A program made the position numbers and the translations under genes. A stretch of DNA of 64,000 bases from an uncultured Eubacteriales bacterium (GTDB taxonomy: Bacteria; Bacillota; Clostridia; Oscillospirales; Oscillospiraceae). The notes under the pieces were generated by a model, which was not told where the DNA came from, ran no database searches, and saw only the letters and a list, made by a program, of their open reading frames with translations. The stretch spans positions 6,105 to 70,104 of the forward strand of contig ONEB01000011.1 of NCBI GenBank assembly GCA_900316745.1. Reading direction: 5' to 3'. This document shows, one piece after another, positions 62,437 through 64,000 of the stretch. Every line of letters begins with the position of its first letter. Position 1 is the first letter of the stretch.

Positions 62437-63090
62437 GTGATCCGAATTCTCATCGTGGAGGACGAGCGTCCCATTGCCGACCTGATCCAGTTAAGTCTGG
62501 AGGGAGAGGGCTACCACTGCACCTGTGTCTATGATGGTATCGCCGCCGCAGACCTTATTACGAACCGGCAGTTTGATCTGATTTTGTTGGATGTAATGCT
62601 GCCCGGTGCCAGCGGCTTTGAGCTGATGGACTACATTCGCCCCACGGGCATGCCGGTGATTTTTCTGACGGCGAAAGCTAACGTAGATGACCGTGTGCGA
62701 GGACTACATCTTGGGGCGGACGACTATTTGGCCAAGCCCTTCGAGATTGTTGAGCTGCAGGCGCGAGTGGAGGCGGTGCTCCGACGGTACAAAAAGTTGG
62801 ATCGGATGATCGATATTGGAGGACTGGAGATAGATACCTACTCCCGCACCGTGCGGAGAGATGGCGCGGAGATCGCCCTCACCAAAAAGGAATTTGACTT
62901 GCTTCTGCTTTTTGCCCGCAACCCGAACATCGCCCTATATCGCGAGACGATCTATGAGCGTGTCTGGGAGAGTGACTACATGGGCGACAGCCGTACCGTG
63001 GATCTGCATATCCAACGACTTCGCAAGAAGGTGGGCTGGGAGCAGCAATTAAAGGCCGTCTATAAGATCGGCTATCGACTGGAATTATGA
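62437..63090 (+). CDS. OmpR-family response regulator (canonical)
   Basis: IRILIVEDE, DLILLDVMLPG, FLTAK, DDYLAKPF, wHTH ...VDLHIQRLRKKV...YKIGYRL. GTG at 62437 follows AGGAGG. Confidence 0.9.
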   Translation: MIRILIVEDERPIADLIQLSLEGEGYHCTCVYDGIAAADLITNRQFDLILLDVMLPGASGFELMDYIRPTGMPVIFLTAKANVDDRVRGLHLGADDYLAKPFEIVELQARVEAVLRRYKKLDRMIDIGGLEIDTYSRTVRRDGAEIALTKKEFDLLLLFARNPNIALYRETIYERVWESDYMGDSRTVDLHIQRLRKKVGWEQQLKAVYKIGYRLEL

Positions 63091-64000
63091 GTAGGCACTT
63101 GAAATTCAGCACCCGCCTGTTTTTGAGCGTTCTGCTGCTTGTGACGGTAACGTTTACGCTCGGGGGAAATATGCTGCTGTACGCATCTTTCCGCTCCGCC
63201 TGTGACAGGGAGGCGGAAAACGCCCTCGTGAGTTATCGGCTTATGCAGTTTACAGCGGCGGCTGTCGGGGTGAATGAGCGGGACATACAGCTGTCGCGCG
63301 TTGTGAACGCTCTCAGTCAGATGCATTTGGACCCAGGTACCGCGCTTCGGCTGAGGATAGGTGATTCTGTTGCATATTCCAGCAGTGCTGATGAAGGCGT
63401 TTTCCGCCCAGTAGGGCGTGAGACGGAGGAAACTGAACTGGTGGAGCAGGTGTTTGTAGGAGAGGACGGTCTGCATTATCTGCAGATCACGGGTGCCTTG
63501 CCTTTGGGTAATCTCTCGGCGCAACTGGATGGCGTGTTCCGAATCGAAAGCGCCTATGAGTCACTGCACACTCAACAGCGACTGTATCGCGAGATTTTCT
63601 GTGCTGTAATGGTGCTGGGGGCGTTAATGGCTCTTGGTCTGATGCGTCTGCTTACGAAGCCGCTGAAAGCTTTGTCCGCCACAAGCCGTAAAATAGCGGA
63701 TGGTGATCTGACCTGCCGCGCTGAAGTGCAGGGAAGTGACGAGTTTGCCCTCCTGGCTTCTGACGTGAACCACATGGCGGATGAGCTGAACGCTCGTATC
63801 GACGCGCTCACCGATTCCATGCGTCGACAGGAGGAGTTCACTGGGGCATTTGCTCATGAAATGAAGACTCCTATGACATCCCTCATCGGCTATGCCGATC
63901 TGCTGCGCTCCCGTACACTGTCGGAGACACAGCAGCAGAAAGCTGCAAATTATATTTTTACGGAGAGCAAGCGATTGGAGCAGCTCTCCGTCAAGTTGTT
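63087..64000 (+). CDS. Sensor histidine kinase, N-terminal part (two TM segments, HAMP, HisKA); continues beyond the window
   Basis: Absent from the track (no stop in the window). Manual translation MSRHLKFSTRLFLSVLLLVTV...LTKPLKALSATSRKIADGDL...FTGAFAHEMKTPMTSLIGYADLL (H-box). ATGA overlap with the regulator gene. Confidence 0.85.
   Translation, partial: MSRHLKFSTRLFLSVLLLVTVTFTLGGNMLLYASFRSACDREAENALVSYRLMQFTAAAVGVNERDIQLSRVVNALSQMHLDPGTALRLRIGDSVAYSSSADEGVFRPVGRETEETELVEQVFVGEDGLHYLQITGALPLGNLSAQLDGVFRIESAYESLHTQQRLYREIFCAVMVLGALMALGLMRLLTKPLKALSATSRKIADGDLTCRAEVQGSDEFALLASDVNHMADELNARIDALTDSMRRQEEFTGAFAHEMKTPMTSLIGYADLLRSRTLSETQQQKAANYIFTESKRLEQLSVKL

Noticed and set aside
1-64000. Search by eye for rRNA, tRNA, CRISPR arrays, IS/transposase genes and toxin-antitoxin pairs
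   Set aside because: I found no repeat-spacer periodicity, no tRNA-like cloverleaf candidates in the intergenic regions and no DDE transposase motifs. Absence by eye is not proof; tRNAscan, Rfam and CRISPR finders should confirm it.

Overview
Most of this window (about 1-61.0 kb) is one large integrative conjugative element (ICE) of the Clostridia type, with nearly all genes on the minus strand. By eye the GC content is about 55-62%, with lower-GC patches. In transcription order (high to low coordinates) the ICE contains: (1) an edge module with TnpV; (2) a tightly coupled block of antirestriction-like proteins and orphan Dam and Dcm methylases (51-60 kb); (3) a 1218-aa sortase-anchored adhesin; (4) a type IV secretion and mobilisation module (34.7-47.3 kb: Maff2-like, VirB6-like, PrgI/VirB3-like, class B sortase, VirB4-like, CHAP hydrolase, SLH-only protein, MobC plus MOBP-type relaxase, toprim protein, VirD4-like coupling protein); (5) about 27 kb of cargo (6.7-33.6 kb); and (6) a sigma-like HTH protein, a DinG-like helicase and three serine-recombinase-family genes, the last running off the window at position 1. 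The cargo has two unusual parts. The first is a haem-capture locus (15.9-33.0 kb): an 1831-aa SLH-anchored protein with three NEAT-like domains, two tandem DtxR-like regulator paralogues, a sortase-signal NEAT-like protein, an Shp-like protein, an Hts/Fec-type ABC importer, a YgbA-YbaN fusion and a fused CydDC-like exporter. The second is an island of membrane-associated SAM methyltransferases, alpha/beta hydrolases and paralogous membrane proteins (7.2-14.8 kb). Another notable observation is a C5 cytosine methyltransferase split over two ORFs that overlap by 434 nt, the second with its own Shine-Dalgarno (SD) sequence. Further observations are a recombinase paralogue lacking its catalytic domain, a receiver-degenerate response regulator on a low-GC insert, a mosaic GC profile inside the giant gene, and several strong palindromes at regulatory positions. 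The right flank (61.3-64.0 kb) looks chromosomal: a FemAB-family gene plus a two-component system. I found no rRNA, tRNA or CRISPR array. All functional calls come from motif recognition by eye and memory; no searches were run.
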